A stretch of DNA of 64,000 nucleotides from a virus. Within the stretch, counting starts at the first letter, position 1, and the number at the start of each line of letters is the position of its first letter. The translations under genes were made by a program, and so were the position numbers. The notes beneath the pieces are model-generated. The model did no database searches and was not told the origin of the DNA. It saw nothing but the letters and a program-made list of their open reading frames with translations. The stretch is taken from the IMG/VR virus record IMGVR_UViG_3300043410_001708, positions 42,270-106,269 of that record; one strand, 5' to 3'. Shown piece after piece: positions 31,399 through 42,373 of the stretch.

Positions 31399-32661
31399 TT
31401 ATTTAACCAATGATTTAGAGATAATTTGTGCGTACTGAGCGATTGCAGGATCAATAGCTGCCGATGGCGCTTTTTCATCCTCAATTTCTACAGCTTCGTT
31501 AAGAGCAGAACTAACTGGTGCTTTAACTGATTGTTGGAAGTATGAATCTACCAATGTTTCTAGTTTGCGACCGAATTCTTCTTCAGTAGTAAACTCAACG
31601 CTCTCTGCGAGTGATTTAAGTTTTTCTACTTGTGTCTGCGTCAGGCCTTCACATACTGCATGTATAGCCTCGTTCTTTTTAAATTCGTTAATTTGTTTCT
31701 TCATTTCAACGTTACGTGAAATTTCTTCGTTGATAGAAGATTCCAATTCTTCAACCTTTGTTGTCAATTCTTCTACAACATCCACTTTTTCTTCTGGAAT
31801 TTCAATGTAGTGTTCTTCGAATAGACCTTTTAGACCACGAATGAAATCTTCAACGATTTCAGAACGTAGGCCTGCTTCGATTGCCAATTGGTTTTCTTTG
31901 AACCATTCTTCAGCCATATAGTTGATGTAGTCATCCAACTTCTTAGCCAAATCTTCTTTAACTGCTTCAACAGCAACTTCGAATTCTTCGTACAATGCTT
32001 CTTCAACTTCTTCCATAATGGACTGTGAACGAGCAATAACGGCAGATTCAAAAATTGTGGTAGCTTTTGATTTGAATTCTTCTGAAAGTTCTTCACCTGA
32101 AAGCAATGCACCTACGTCTTGGTCCATTTGTTCTTTCATTTTTTGTTTCTTCATCATAGCCTTAATCATTGCTTTGTCTTCGGCTGCGTCTTCATGGCCT
32201 TCGCCTTTTTCTTCAGCAACAACTTCATCTTCAACTTCAACTTCTTCTGGTACTGCATGGAATGTTGCACCAGGATTTGATTGCATTGTTTGTGTTGCTA
32301 ATTTAGCTTTGATGCGGTCACGGATTGCAGAATAGTCTGTTGCATTTGCTTGAACAGCTTTGTGTTCAGAACCTTGTGAGTCGGCAGGACCAGTTAGTTT
32401 GCCGCCAGGTTGTGAACCAACTGGTGGTGTTGCGCCTGGTGGTGTAGCTGTTGGAACACCTTTGGTGTAATCGCCTTCATCATCGTCTTGTTTCTTAACT
32501 TCACCTGCAACCTCACCAACATCTTTCATGCCATAAGCAACAGATGTAGGTAGTTTAGATGGACCATCTTTGTGACCACGAGCTACAGAAGCTTCAAAAT
32601 TTTCTTTTGCACCTTCTGTTAGAATTGCTTTAGCGGCGTCTGTCAGATTAAATTTTCCCAT
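31399..32661 (-). CDS. gp22: Prohead core scaffold
   Basis: LSEEFK.KATTIFE, W..EN..AIE.GLRSE, GLK.LF.EHYI.IPEEK. Confidence 0.93.
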   Translation of the reverse strand: MGKFNLTDAAKAILTEGAKENFEASVARGHKDGPSKLPTSVAYGMKDVGEVAGEVKKQDDDEGDYTKGVPTATPPGATPPVGSQPGGKLTGPADSQGSEHKAVQANATDYSAIRDRIKAKLATQTMQSNPGATFHAVPEEVEVEDEVVAEEKGEGHEDAAEDKAMIKAMMKKQKMKEQMDQDVGALLSGEELSEEFKSKATTIFESAVIARSQSIMEEVEEALYEEFEVAVEAVKEDLAKKLDDYINYMAEEWFKENQLAIEAGLRSEIVEDFIRGLKGLFEEHYIEIPEEKVDVVEELTTKVEELESSINEEISRNVEMKKQINEFKKNEAIHAVCEGLTQTQVEKLKSLAESVEFTTEEEFGRKLETLVDSYFQQSVKAPVSSALNEAVEIEDEKAPSAAIDPAIAQYAQIISKSLVK

Positions 32662-32698
32662 TTTGAGAATCTCCTTGATTTATATTGGATATTTATAT

Positions 32699-33343
32699 TT
32701 AAAGTTTTTTAAGGAAGTTTTCAAAGATTTTTAAGCTTACTGCTTCAATATCTTTACTTGATGCTTGTTTGATTTCTTGTTTAGCAACATCGTAATGTTG
32801 TTCTGTCCAGATACCATTAACCAACATCCATTCCTTACCTTCCATAATACCTTGCACAAAAGCACCAGGTGCAGAAGGATCTGCTACAATATCTGCCGCT
32901 GTGGCCAGATGAAAGTCTCCTTGAACGACATTGATGCCGTTTTCCATTTTAAGAGAACCCATGCCTCTGGATGACACACCAAGTTGTGCGCCACCTTCGA
33001 TAAGATTTCTTGCAATGTTACCCATAGGGGTTTCAAGAATTTTTGCTTTGCCTATCCAAGCATTTCCTTCTTGACGTAGACCAACAATTAGGTGTGATAC
33101 ACGGTCAAGATTAATGGATGGGGTGTCTGGATGTCCCAGTTCACCAAAGGCACGATTTTTAGAAATGTATTCTTCACTGTAACGATTAACTTCATTACGC
33201 ATGGTTTCTTCTTTGTACATGCGTTTGTTTTTGTTAACAGCTTCTGCAACTAGAAACGGACCTTCAATGTAGAGAGTTTTCTTTCCATCTTTTTCTTCCG
33301 TTAAGTATTGTACCGATTCGGTAAGTTCTCTGATAAGTTTCAT
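32699..33343 (-). CDS. gp21: Prohead protease
   Basis: GELGHP, LGVSSRGMGS, DIVADPSAP. Confidence 0.97.
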   Translation of the reverse strand: MKLIRELTESVQYLTEEKDGKKTLYIEGPFLVAEAVNKNKRMYKEETMRNEVNRYSEEYISKNRAFGELGHPDTPSINLDRVSHLIVGLRQEGNAWIGKAKILETPMGNIARNLIEGGAQLGVSSRGMGSLKMENGINVVQGDFHLATAADIVADPSAPGAFVQGIMEGKEWMLVNGIWTEQHYDVAKQEIKQASSKDIEAVSLKIFENFLKKL

Positions 33344-33353
33344 TATTGATACC

Positions 33354-33881
33354 TTATGGTTTCATGGCATATTGGCCATAGTTGAATGCTGCAGGGTCAT
33401 TGAATTGGCCTCTTTGATAATGTGCATTATCTTTGCGAAACTCAGCAACAATTGTATAACTGTCATTTGCAACCATACCTCTTGTTGTTACTAGAATGTC
33501 TCCTAAACAACCTGCTGTACCTTTTGCATTATTTGGAATTGTTACCCAGTTGCTATGTCCATCATATTCTCCATTACCATTTAAGAACATTAATGGTACT
33601 GGTGTATCAGCGTGCCAATACAACTCAACATCGCCTGTACAACCACAGTCATACCACAAACGATGTAAGCTTAAACCATAATATGAAAGTGGGGTATTTG
33701 CGGCACCACCTTGAGTGTTTGCAACCAAATATCCGTTAGTTGCAATTGCACCATACAAACTATTTGCTACAATACGTGTGTGATTATTTTCTTGACCTGT
33801 ACCGTCAAATTTACCTGTCAATTTAATAACAACATGTTCTGTTGTATCTTTTATTATTTGGTCGGTATATGAATTTGCCAT
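33354..33881 (-). CDS. Hypothetical (probably virion) protein
   Basis: 175 aa ORF within the head module behind a TATAAATA late promoter. Confidence 0.7.
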   Translation of the reverse strand: MANSYTDQIIKDTTEHVVIKLTGKFDGTGQENNHTRIVANSLYGAIATNGYLVANTQGGAANTPLSYYGLSLHRLWYDCGCTGDVELYWHADTPVPLMFLNGNGEYDGHSNWVTIPNNAKGTAGCLGDILVTTRGMVANDSYTIVAEFRKDNAHYQRGQFNDPAAFNYGQYAMKP

Positions 33882-33927
33882 TTGTAATCCCTGTTATGTT
33901 TGAATAATATTTATACCAGTGTCAAAA

Positions 33928-34125
33928 TTATTCAGCGTCTGCTGCATATACAACTTCATCTTCAGCAGTTGCGCCATTTGGATTCATTAATTGTTTTGCA
34001 ACTTCTACTTTGTGAGTTTCGATATGTGCCATGACTCTATCATGTAAAGCAGAATATAATGCATTACGCATTTCATTTGCGTTGTCAGTTTCTGCGTAAT
34101 CTATAATTTCTCTTGCTTTGTCCAT
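33928..34125 (-). CDS. Small acidic prohead core protein (gp67-like position)
   Basis: Size, acidity and position after the portal. Confidence 0.6.
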   Translation of the reverse strand: MDKAREIIDYAETDNANEMRNALYSALHDRVMAHIETHKVEVAKQLMNPNGATAEDEVVYAADAE

Positions 34126-34138
34126 TGTTATCTCCTAA

Positions 34139-35884
34139 TTATAAAATGCGTTTCAATCTGGTAAATGTGTTTTCAACTTCTTCTAAGCTGAGGTCGCCTT
34201 TAACGGATTTTGAACCACCGGAACTTTTTTCTTTTGGTTTACTATTTGATGATGAATCACCACCAGAACTGGAACCACCAGTTGCATCAGGTTGAGGCAT
34301 TAACTCTGCCTGTTGTACCATTTGGTCTGTTTGAACTTGTCCTAACATCTGTTGTTGTGCAACATCATTTGTTACCGAAACTGGCAATCCAAGACCCATT
34401 TCTTTTTCTTTTTCAATCTCTGCATCCATTTCTTTAATCTCATCATCAGTTAGACGCAACACATTTTGTTGAATCCATTTTTGAGAGAAATAACGACCAG
34501 TATATGGATCAACTGATTGAAGTAAAGTTAAACGTTGTGAAATTAATTCCGCTTCTTTTAATTCGGAAAAATTATTATCTTTGATGAAGTCATAATGAAT
34601 GTTTTCTTTGAACAATTCCCATTCTTCATCCGTACAGATACCTTTTAATACACACTGTACACGCAATGCTTGATTGAAAACATCAGAGAATTTGTTTCTC
34701 AATCTATCAACAAACTTAGAGAATTTCAATTCATCTCTAGTAATTTCTGATGAACGACCAAGTGAGAATCCTTGATTAGGTTCCAATCTAGAAATTGGTA
34801 CACATAATGCACCATATAGTTTCTTTTGGAAGTATTTAACGTCTTCCAACTCACCTAGGTTTTGTCCACCTGGTAGTGTAGTAATCTCTGTGCCTTTGCC
34901 ACCTTCTCTACGTGGTAACCAAAAGTCTTCCATCATTGACATAAATTTACGGTCATCACGTACTTCACCTGTGTTTGCATCATAGACAAGTTTGTTTTTA
35001 TACTTGACCATGATATCACGTAAGTATTGTTCCGCTTTTAATTTTGGTAAATTACCAACGTCAATATAGAAAATACGGCGTTCAGGTGCTCTTGAAATAC
35101 GGTAGATAACAGTTGCATCTTCAATCATACGCAACTGATTTAGAGGTTTAATTGCCTTGTGTAGGTAACTTAGAACCACCGCACGGCGAGAATCCATAAG
35201 ACCTGATACCACCGAAATAATAGAATCTGTAGTAATACGAACACCAACAGGACCAAAATTGGATGCACTGCCACTAACAACCTTGTCGTTGTAGATATAA
35301 TATTCATTGACTGGCTGCATAATATCTGCACCAGTTCTTTCGTCTTTTTGTTTCTTCATTTCACGAACCTTACGTAATCTACGTGGGTCTATGTAACGAA
35401 GTTCTTTGATGCCTTCTTGTGGATTTTCACGGTCAATAATAATGTGATAGTACATTCTGCCATCAACATAATATCGGCGGAAAATATCTTGTGCCATTTT
35501 TTGATAACTCAACATACGTAATACCGTGTTGAATTCTTCTTTAATGGCTTTTTTGATTTTGTCTGTAACTTTTAAATCATCTAAAATGATTTGTGTTATT
35601 TTACCATCATCGTCTTGCACAATGGCTTCATTAACTATGTCATCTATCGCAGATTCTATTTCAGGTTGCATTGCCATTTCACGGTAACGAGAAATAAGTT
35701 CTACCTCATTCTTTGCAGTACCGTCAAGGTCAACATATGTGCCGTAGTATGCGGCAGATGTAATAGTTAATGCCCCATCGTCTTGCGTTGGTGGTGCAAA
35801 TGATTGTTGGACGGCTGCGTCTTCCTCATCCTTTTGGCGAGAAATTGTAAATCCGAACAATGAAAATTTATTTGTGTTTGCCAT
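34139..35884 (-). CDS. gp20: Portal protein
   Basis: YRISRAPERRIFYIDVGNLPK, EDFWLPRREGGKGTEITTLPGG. Confidence 0.98.
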   Translation of the reverse strand: MANTNKFSLFGFTISRQKDEEDAAVQQSFAPPTQDDGALTITSAAYYGTYVDLDGTAKNEVELISRYREMAMQPEIESAIDDIVNEAIVQDDDGKITQIILDDLKVTDKIKKAIKEEFNTVLRMLSYQKMAQDIFRRYYVDGRMYYHIIIDRENPQEGIKELRYIDPRRLRKVREMKKQKDERTGADIMQPVNEYYIYNDKVVSGSASNFGPVGVRITTDSIISVVSGLMDSRRAVVLSYLHKAIKPLNQLRMIEDATVIYRISRAPERRIFYIDVGNLPKLKAEQYLRDIMVKYKNKLVYDANTGEVRDDRKFMSMMEDFWLPRREGGKGTEITTLPGGQNLGELEDVKYFQKKLYGALCVPISRLEPNQGFSLGRSSEITRDELKFSKFVDRLRNKFSDVFNQALRVQCVLKGICTDEEWELFKENIHYDFIKDNNFSELKEAELISQRLTLLQSVDPYTGRYFSQKWIQQNVLRLTDDEIKEMDAEIEKEKEMGLGLPVSVTNDVAQQQMLGQVQTDQMVQQAELMPQPDATGGSSSGGDSSSNSKPKEKSSGGSKSVKGDLSLEEVENTFTRLKRIL

Positions 35885-35946
35885 ATTTGTGTGTAATTAT
35901 AAAATCAAAAAAAACATGGGAGACCCTATTGGGCCTCCCGCATATA

Positions 35947-36489
35947 TCAGGTAGTTGTATTTGTTTCCCAGAATTGGTAAGCAAAAGTACAAGTATATTC
36001 CTCAATTGCGTCATTTGAACCCCAATCTAAATCGATTGGAGACAAGTCTAATGGGAACATACCAACGAATTTATATTTCTTCAATTCGTTACCAGTTTTT
36101 CCATATTGAATTACGCTTGCATCAACAGAATATGAGTTAATATTTTGAGCAGCTGTGCTTCTAATGTTACCTGCATGACTATTGATTGAGTTCATCCAAT
36201 TTTCTAAAGAATTTCTAACGACAAAATCTTCATCGTTAATAATTGTTAATGTCCAGTCTGCGAAAGTTCTGTTACCAGCAAATTTCATTTCACGACCAAA
36301 ATAATATACTGGAACTGTACCAATTGATGAACCTGGTAGTTGAGCTGTTTTAGCCATAAAACTGATTTTTTGGCCAGCAGCTGTAGCGTTTGATACTAAT
36401 GTTGGAAATATTAAAGAGACAGAGAATAGATTAGGACGTGCGCCGTCTCCAATCATATTAGCTCTGAATTCTGCTACATTAAATGCCAT
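35947..36489 (-). CDS. gp19: Tail tube protein
   Basis: GARPNLF, GR..KFAG.RTF.DW..TIINDEDF. Confidence 0.96.
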   Translation of the reverse strand: MAFNVAEFRANMIGDGARPNLFSVSLIFPTLVSNATAAGQKISFMAKTAQLPGSSIGTVPVYYFGREMKFAGNRTFADWTLTIINDEDFVVRNSLENWMNSINSHAGNIRSTAAQNINSYSVDASVIQYGKTGNELKKYKFVGMFPLDLSPIDLDWGSNDAIEEYTCTFAYQFWETNTTT

Positions 36490-36516
36490 TGTTTTCTCCT
36501 ATTATCGTTTTATTTA

Positions 36517-38208
36517 TTAAGCTGCACCAACGATTGTCACAAAATCAACACCAGTTCCAATAGCAACAAAATTCAATTGAATGTAGTTGACTGAACGAGC
36601 AGGCTTGATGTAAATATCACCAACAAATTGGTTACTGTCAACAACTTGTTGTGTATTATTTGTTGAATCACATACAACTTTAAAATCTGTGATACCACGG
36701 CGACCTTGAATATCACGTAAGAAAGGAGTTACAAGTGCAACAAATTGTGCTCTTGTGAATTCATCATTCAATTCAAACATTGAATACTTAGCTGCTTGTG
36801 CAATTGATTTTTCAAGTGTGATAAACAATCTACGAACATTGATTCTATCAAATGCAGAAGGTTTGTCCAACAAAGTTTTGTCACCAAATAATACGGTGCC
36901 TTGACCAGGGAAAGAAACAACTGGATTAACACCAAGTTTATATAGTGAATCACGGTATGGTTTAGTTGGATTCCATGACAACTTGATACAATTCTTAATT
37001 GCACCACGATTGAAACCTGCTGGTGAGAACCATGGGTCACGAATGTTGTCTGTGTATACACATAGACCAGCAATATCACCGTTCAATGGGATCCAACGGT
37101 ATGTATTGTTGTATTTGTCAAATTGATATTTCCAACCAGAATCAGCAACAACATAAGAAGATGTTCTGCTTAGCGATGATAACCAGTTTTCGATGTTGGT
37201 TGATTCACTACCACCTTGACTAACAACGTCTGCTCTTCTTGGAGAAATAAATGCAACACAATCTGCTCTACCAATTGCAATATTATCAATTACACTTTGT
37301 TGAACTGTAACACTGTGGTTAGCAGTCAACACCAATGAAATATCAATACCTTCTTTATTTGCAAACAAATCATAAGAGGTAACAATATCACCATCGGCTG
37401 GTGTTGCAGACACACCATTGCCTAGAGACCTTGTTATGTTTGTTGTTGGTCTTGCAAAAGTTCTACCTGCTGCAGGTTCATCCCAAGTTGTATTTGTTGT
37501 TGAATAATCAATTGGATCCATTGAGTAAATATACTTGGAATTATTAAAAATTACTTGTTTATAATAATTTGTAACACCATTGATTGTTGCATCTGAAGCA
37601 GCAGAAACAAAACCAAATGTTTCCAAAACTGTTCCAGCTGAACCAGTAAATAAACCATTTTCGTCAATAACAACAATGTGCATTTCGTCATCGGCTCCAG
37701 CAACAGAATCTGCATAATCAGATGTTTTTGGTGCTGATGTAAAATAGTTTTTGTATGCCCATGTAGAGAATGTTGATGTATTCGCACAAACAGAAACTGC
37801 TAAAGAATTTCCTAAAGTACCAGCGTATCTTGCTGCCCAAGGACCATAAGAATTCGAATTGCCTTGTCTAAGGTAAGTAGCTTCATAAACGTCTTCGTTT
37901 TTAATTGATACTGAATCACCTGTACCATCAACTGCGTTTCTTGCGGCTGAACCAACAGCTCTAACAACACTTAAGTTGTTTCCGTATGACAAAAAGTTTG
38001 CACAAGTGAAAAAAGATTCTGCTGTACTAGAATCTGGTTTACCGAATGTGTTGATAAGGGATATTTCACTATCGATTATTTTTATTTTATCTGCTGGACC
38101 CCATTGAAATGTTCCAGCAAATGCACCGGCCGTTGTTTGTAGTGCTGGTACAACTGTTGTTGCATCCACTTCAGCTACATTTACGCCTGGAGAGATTTGA
38201 AATGCCAT
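36517..38208 (-). CDS. gp18: Tail sheath protein
   Basis: SPGV...EVD, FQWGP, PWFSPAG.NRG, FDRINVRRLF, IKPARS.NYI.LNF. Confidence 0.98.
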   Translation of the reverse strand: MAFQISPGVNVAEVDATTVVPALQTTAGAFAGTFQWGPADKIKIIDSEISLINTFGKPDSSTAESFFTCANFLSYGNNLSVVRAVGSAARNAVDGTGDSVSIKNEDVYEATYLRQGNSNSYGPWAARYAGTLGNSLAVSVCANTSTFSTWAYKNYFTSAPKTSDYADSVAGADDEMHIVVIDENGLFTGSAGTVLETFGFVSAASDATINGVTNYYKQVIFNNSKYIYSMDPIDYSTTNTTWDEPAAGRTFARPTTNITRSLGNGVSATPADGDIVTSYDLFANKEGIDISLVLTANHSVTVQQSVIDNIAIGRADCVAFISPRRADVVSQGGSESTNIENWLSSLSRTSSYVVADSGWKYQFDKYNNTYRWIPLNGDIAGLCVYTDNIRDPWFSPAGFNRGAIKNCIKLSWNPTKPYRDSLYKLGVNPVVSFPGQGTVLFGDKTLLDKPSAFDRINVRRLFITLEKSIAQAAKYSMFELNDEFTRAQFVALVTPFLRDIQGRRGITDFKVVCDSTNNTQQVVDSNQFVGDIYIKPARSVNYIQLNFVAIGTGVDFVTIVGAA

Positions 38209-38275
38209 TTTATTCTCCTTGAATTATTATGTTCTTTTGGCAAAATACCATAAGAGTATTTATGAAAGGCTGGTT

Positions 38276-39964
38276 TTATAACCTTTCCAATCTGTTTCTC
38301 ATAAACTTCGCATACGTTTCTCCACCGTCTGCAAGTTCCCACAAATCACCACCCATAATTTCAAAATCGTGTTCCAAGCCGTCCTCAATGATTGGTGCTG
38401 GCAGAACGTCATCATCCATTTGGTTCATATTTTCTAATTGAATCTGTTTACGTATGTCATGGTTAACAATTTCTTTAAAATATTGTTGAGTTGTTACCCA
38501 TGAAAACATAACCAAAGACATAACCATATCATCATTTGCACCTTCTTCCGCACTAAAAGAGTTCTTTTGCTGAATAAAAGTGGTCAATTCCGAATAAGTA
38601 TCAAAATCTTGAATTTGTAATTTGTCACCTTCAATTAAAGTTTTTAGGTTTGAACACCCAATTGCCTTAACTTGTGGCGACATTTTCAGTCCCATTTGAA
38701 CACCACGGGCAAAACCAGCCGATAATTGCTGTGGTTTCTTATTACCTGTATATATTTTCCACAAGTTTTCATATTCAAAATCTGCATGTAATGAGTCGGC
38801 CACCTGTGGATTGTTATTAATTTCTACCAAAACATATGCATCATTATAATACCTGGCTGTATTGTAGATGACTGTTGGGAAAAGAATTGGTGTAATTGAC
38901 GAACTCTTATATGTTGCCACTTGTTTATATGGTGTCTGAGAGATATCAATTACAGAGAATGCTGAACTGTCAAGGTTTTTACCCTCCGAAACGTCAACCG
39001 TAATTGCATATAGGTGGTCCGATTTAGAATCATTCACACCTTCTTTAACCGGATGTTCATATATCTTCAACAAGTCGTGGTTTGCAATCGGGTCAATGTA
39101 TACCAGTTGTTGTAATTTGTAACCAGAAATTAGTGTGTTAGAGGAACCTAAAAACTCTGTTTCAAATTCTTGTGCAAACTGTCGTTCAGAAGTATTTCGA
39201 ATCGTTTCTTCTTTCCATTTTTCATCACGACCTGGTACATGTGACCAATGAATTTCAAAACTTACATAATTATTTTTCTTATTGATTGAGTCCATCCACA
39301 ACTTGTAGAATAGATTCATACCGTTTGGTGTAGACACAATAATAATCTTTGTCTTTTTACCTGATGAAATTACAGGGTAAACAGAGTTAAAGAATTCTTC
39401 CGCAATATTGTTTGGAACGAAAGCAAATTCATCCAAGAATACGATATTGAAAGAACCTCCACGAATTGCAGAACTTGATGTGGATGCTGCAACAATCTTA
39501 GAACCGTTCTCCAATTCAACGTTACCTTTGTTCCAGGTGACAATACCTTGTTGTAACCACATAGGTAAGTTTTCGTATGCGAGTTGGTACTTAGATAAAA
39601 TATCTCTTGCAAGAGAACCTTTGTTGGCCAAAACAGCACAATTCTGGCTGTCTGTAAAGATGGTTGCCCATAACATATAGGCAACTGTAGTGGTTGTTTT
39701 ACCAACCTGTCGAGGACATTTAGTGATAACGAAACGATTGTCCTTGAAAAGTTTCAACATCTTTTCTTGGAATGGCCACATCTTAAAGTTGATTAGACCT
39801 TCGTCAACGTTAACAATCTTTACATAATTCTTTGCAAAATAAACAGGGTCTTTGGCACACTTGATGTATTCATCAATCTGTTCTTGTGTGTATTCTACCT
39901 TGACGCCTGCCTTTTTAAGTAACGGATTGTCACGATAGGCTTCGCCGGTTCTTAAATCACTCAT
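38276..39964 (-). CDS. gp17: Terminase large subunit
   Basis: RQVGKT, FLDEFAF, STPNG, DVSEG, NDDMVM. Confidence 0.98.
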   Translation of the reverse strand: MSDLRTGEAYRDNPLLKKAGVKVEYTQEQIDEYIKCAKDPVYFAKNYVKIVNVDEGLINFKMWPFQEKMLKLFKDNRFVITKCPRQVGKTTTTVAYMLWATIFTDSQNCAVLANKGSLARDILSKYQLAYENLPMWLQQGIVTWNKGNVELENGSKIVAASTSSSAIRGGSFNIVFLDEFAFVPNNIAEEFFNSVYPVISSGKKTKIIIVSTPNGMNLFYKLWMDSINKKNNYVSFEIHWSHVPGRDEKWKEETIRNTSERQFAQEFETEFLGSSNTLISGYKLQQLVYIDPIANHDLLKIYEHPVKEGVNDSKSDHLYAITVDVSEGKNLDSSAFSVIDISQTPYKQVATYKSSSITPILFPTVIYNTARYYNDAYVLVEINNNPQVADSLHADFEYENLWKIYTGNKKPQQLSAGFARGVQMGLKMSPQVKAIGCSNLKTLIEGDKLQIQDFDTYSELTTFIQQKNSFSAEEGANDDMVMSLVMFSWVTTQQYFKEIVNHDIRKQIQLENMNQMDDDVLPAPIIEDGLEHDFEIMGGDLWELADGGETYAKFMRNRLERL

Positions 39965-40374
39965 TCTTTACCTTTGAGTAATTTATTTAATTCTGCGGTT
40001 GAACCAACAAAAATGGCTTTGTCAATCTTGGTATCACCATCTTTAGGTTTACCGTCCATTGTACGCATTTGTTTTTGTACTGCAAGAAGTTCTTTGTTTG
40101 CATCAACCACATTCTTTAACAGTGTACCATAAACTTCAAATGCCCTAGGATGTTGACCTGCTTTGGCAATTTGTAGTATTTCTTCCATGGCTTCTTTGCC
40201 TTGGTCAATTAGGTCTTGCAGATTATCTTTTGTTTGTTGATATGCGTCATTCAAATCATTTTTTAAATCTGGCCCATCTTCTGATGGCGCAACCACCGGT
40301 ACTAAAGGTTTAACCTCCTGTTCTACCGGTGTTACATCAAATAATTTTTCCATGTTTTTGTCAAATGTACTCAT
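39961..40374 (-). CDS. gp16: Terminase small subunit
   Basis: HPRAFEV, IFVGSTAEL. Confidence 0.93.
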   Translation of the reverse strand: MSTFDKNMEKLFDVTPVEQEVKPLVPVVAPSEDGPDLKNDLNDAYQQTKDNLQDLIDQGKEAMEEILQIAKAGQHPRAFEVYGTLLKNVVDANKELLAVQKQMRTMDGKPKDGDTKIDKAIFVGSTAELNKLLKGKE

Positions 40375-40388
40375 AGTTTTTATTTATT

Positions 40389-42353
40389 TTAGTCAAATAC
40401 ACTGTGTGGAAGATTCCAACATCCGTTTGTAAATATTAAAGTCAAAACAGCAAATGCTTGATTTCCTCTAAATGGTAACCACCAAGATGCCTGACCTTCA
40501 TATATGTAACCATTACCATCAGACCAACGTGCATTTGCAATTGTCATGCTTGTATATTCATTACCAGCAAAAGGACTAGATGGAACAATATACATGATTT
40601 GACCTTCAACACCATCAGATAAATGATATTGATTCGGTCCGTTACTACTTTGTGGTGTCAATTTATTAACAGAGACAGTTAAATCTAATTCAAATGGATC
40701 AGTTTCATTCCATTCTGCACTAGCTGTTCTGGTGGTTATTGAACCAACATTTGCAACACCTTTGCCACTAAATTCTATAGCCAAATCTGAACCAGAAGAA
40801 GGTATCACTACAGTACCGTTGGAATTAAAATTCCAATTTTGTGTAAACACATTTAACGTCTGTTCATTTTCAGGACTTGGGTTTTGATATAAAACAACAT
40901 TCATTGTGTATGCATAATTGGTATTTTCTGCAATCGTTAATGTTGTATTGCCTGAACCAACTGTTGAACTTGTTGAAGTTCTGGCTTCTGGTACAGTAAC
41001 ATATGTAAAATCACCCCATGATGTTGATTCTGCACCAAAATAAGTGCCAGACAAATTACCATCTATAGGCAATTGAAATACTGTTGTAATTGCTGCATTG
41101 CTTTGTGGAAAACTATAACCTGTTCCAACAATAAAATTGCCTCTAATATCTATTTCATGTGGTGTTGGTGTTGATGAGCCAGCACCAAGAATTTGAAGTG
41201 CATTGGCCCATGCAATAGAACCATCATCCGCATCTATCTTATAAACACAGAAACCATTTTGTTCATTTGATACTTGACCGTGGCCCATTGCATATAGATA
41301 ACCATTACTATATTTTATGGTTACTATTTCTGGATTATTTCCAACACCAAGAATTTCTTTTTCCCAAACTAATGAATTATCTGGTTCAAATTTGTAAATG
41401 TTTGTGCTTGTTGCTGCATACCAATTGTTTGATGAATCATAACTCAAAGAAACTATTGTATCATCATTATCATTTACTTTGTTTGACCACTGATAAACAC
41501 CTTCTGTATCAAACTTATGCACAAAACCATTATCAGAACCAACGTAAATACCACCTCTATTTGGCAACGCAATCACTGCCTCTGCATTTGGAATGTCTGC
41601 ATTAAAATGTGTGAAATATAATTCACCAGTTATATCTAAACCTGTGATTAAGTTGTGACCGCCAACATAGTAAGGAAATTCTTCATCATCAACAACAATA
41701 CCGTATGAATCAACTGAATCTGAAACTAATGTGCTCCATACATTTTGACCAAGATAATTAAATTTTGTAACAAGTGTTGAATTGTCATCTGGTATATTTG
41801 TCAATAAATACACGTTGTTATTTGCATCAACAGCAACACCAGCAGAATAACTATCCAATAAAACACTATCCACATTTGCGGCTGGTACCGATTTTCTCCA
41901 GTAAATATTTCCGTATGGATCAAATTTAATAAGGGTTGATTGTACCAAATTTGTGACGGTATTTGGTGTTGTCATTGAAACTAAAATGTTATTTTCACTA
42001 TCATAAGCAACACCACTTGGCCATGAATAACCATTTTGTGAAAGTGTTTCACCAAATAACATACCCCATGCTTTACGACTATAATGGTCATTAGCAATTT
42101 GTACTTCCGTATTGCTATACATTATAGTTTTATCAAACAAAATGTTACCTAATGATGCAGTGTTTGCTTTGTTAAAGGCATTTTGTGCTAGATTTTGGTT
42201 GGTTTCATAATAAGTATTAGATGTATTAGCATTGTTTGAGACTGCGGTATACAGCTCGGTGAAATTACTATTTGTTTTGATAAAGGCGCCTCTTAACGTA
42301 TCGCCTTTACCATCGTTTGCTCTAATACCAATATTGATAGTTTGTTTAGACAT
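40389..42353 (-). CDS. Virion protein with gp9/gp10-like N-terminus and beta-propeller-like repeats
   Basis: INIG..ANDG.GD.LR.AF.K.N.NF.ELY N-terminus; repeated KF(D/N)..G...W blades. Confidence 0.7.
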   Translation of the reverse strand: MSKQTINIGIRANDGKGDTLRGAFIKTNSNFTELYTAVSNNANTSNTYYETNQNLAQNAFNKANTASLGNILFDKTIMYSNTEVQIANDHYSRKAWGMLFGETLSQNGYSWPSGVAYDSENNILVSMTTPNTVTNLVQSTLIKFDPYGNIYWRKSVPAANVDSVLLDSYSAGVAVDANNNVYLLTNIPDDNSTLVTKFNYLGQNVWSTLVSDSVDSYGIVVDDEEFPYYVGGHNLITGLDITGELYFTHFNADIPNAEAVIALPNRGGIYVGSDNGFVHKFDTEGVYQWSNKVNDNDDTIVSLSYDSSNNWYAATSTNIYKFEPDNSLVWEKEILGVGNNPEIVTIKYSNGYLYAMGHGQVSNEQNGFCVYKIDADDGSIAWANALQILGAGSSTPTPHEIDIRGNFIVGTGYSFPQSNAAITTVFQLPIDGNLSGTYFGAESTSWGDFTYVTVPEARTSTSSTVGSGNTTLTIAENTNYAYTMNVVLYQNPSPENEQTLNVFTQNWNFNSNGTVVIPSSGSDLAIEFSGKGVANVGSITTRTASAEWNETDPFELDLTVSVNKLTPQSSNGPNQYHLSDGVEGQIMYIVPSSPFAGNEYTSMTIANARWSDGNGYIYEGQASWWLPFRGNQAFAVLTLIFTNGCWNLPHSVFD

Positions 42354-42373
42354 TTATTTCTCTCATTTGAAGT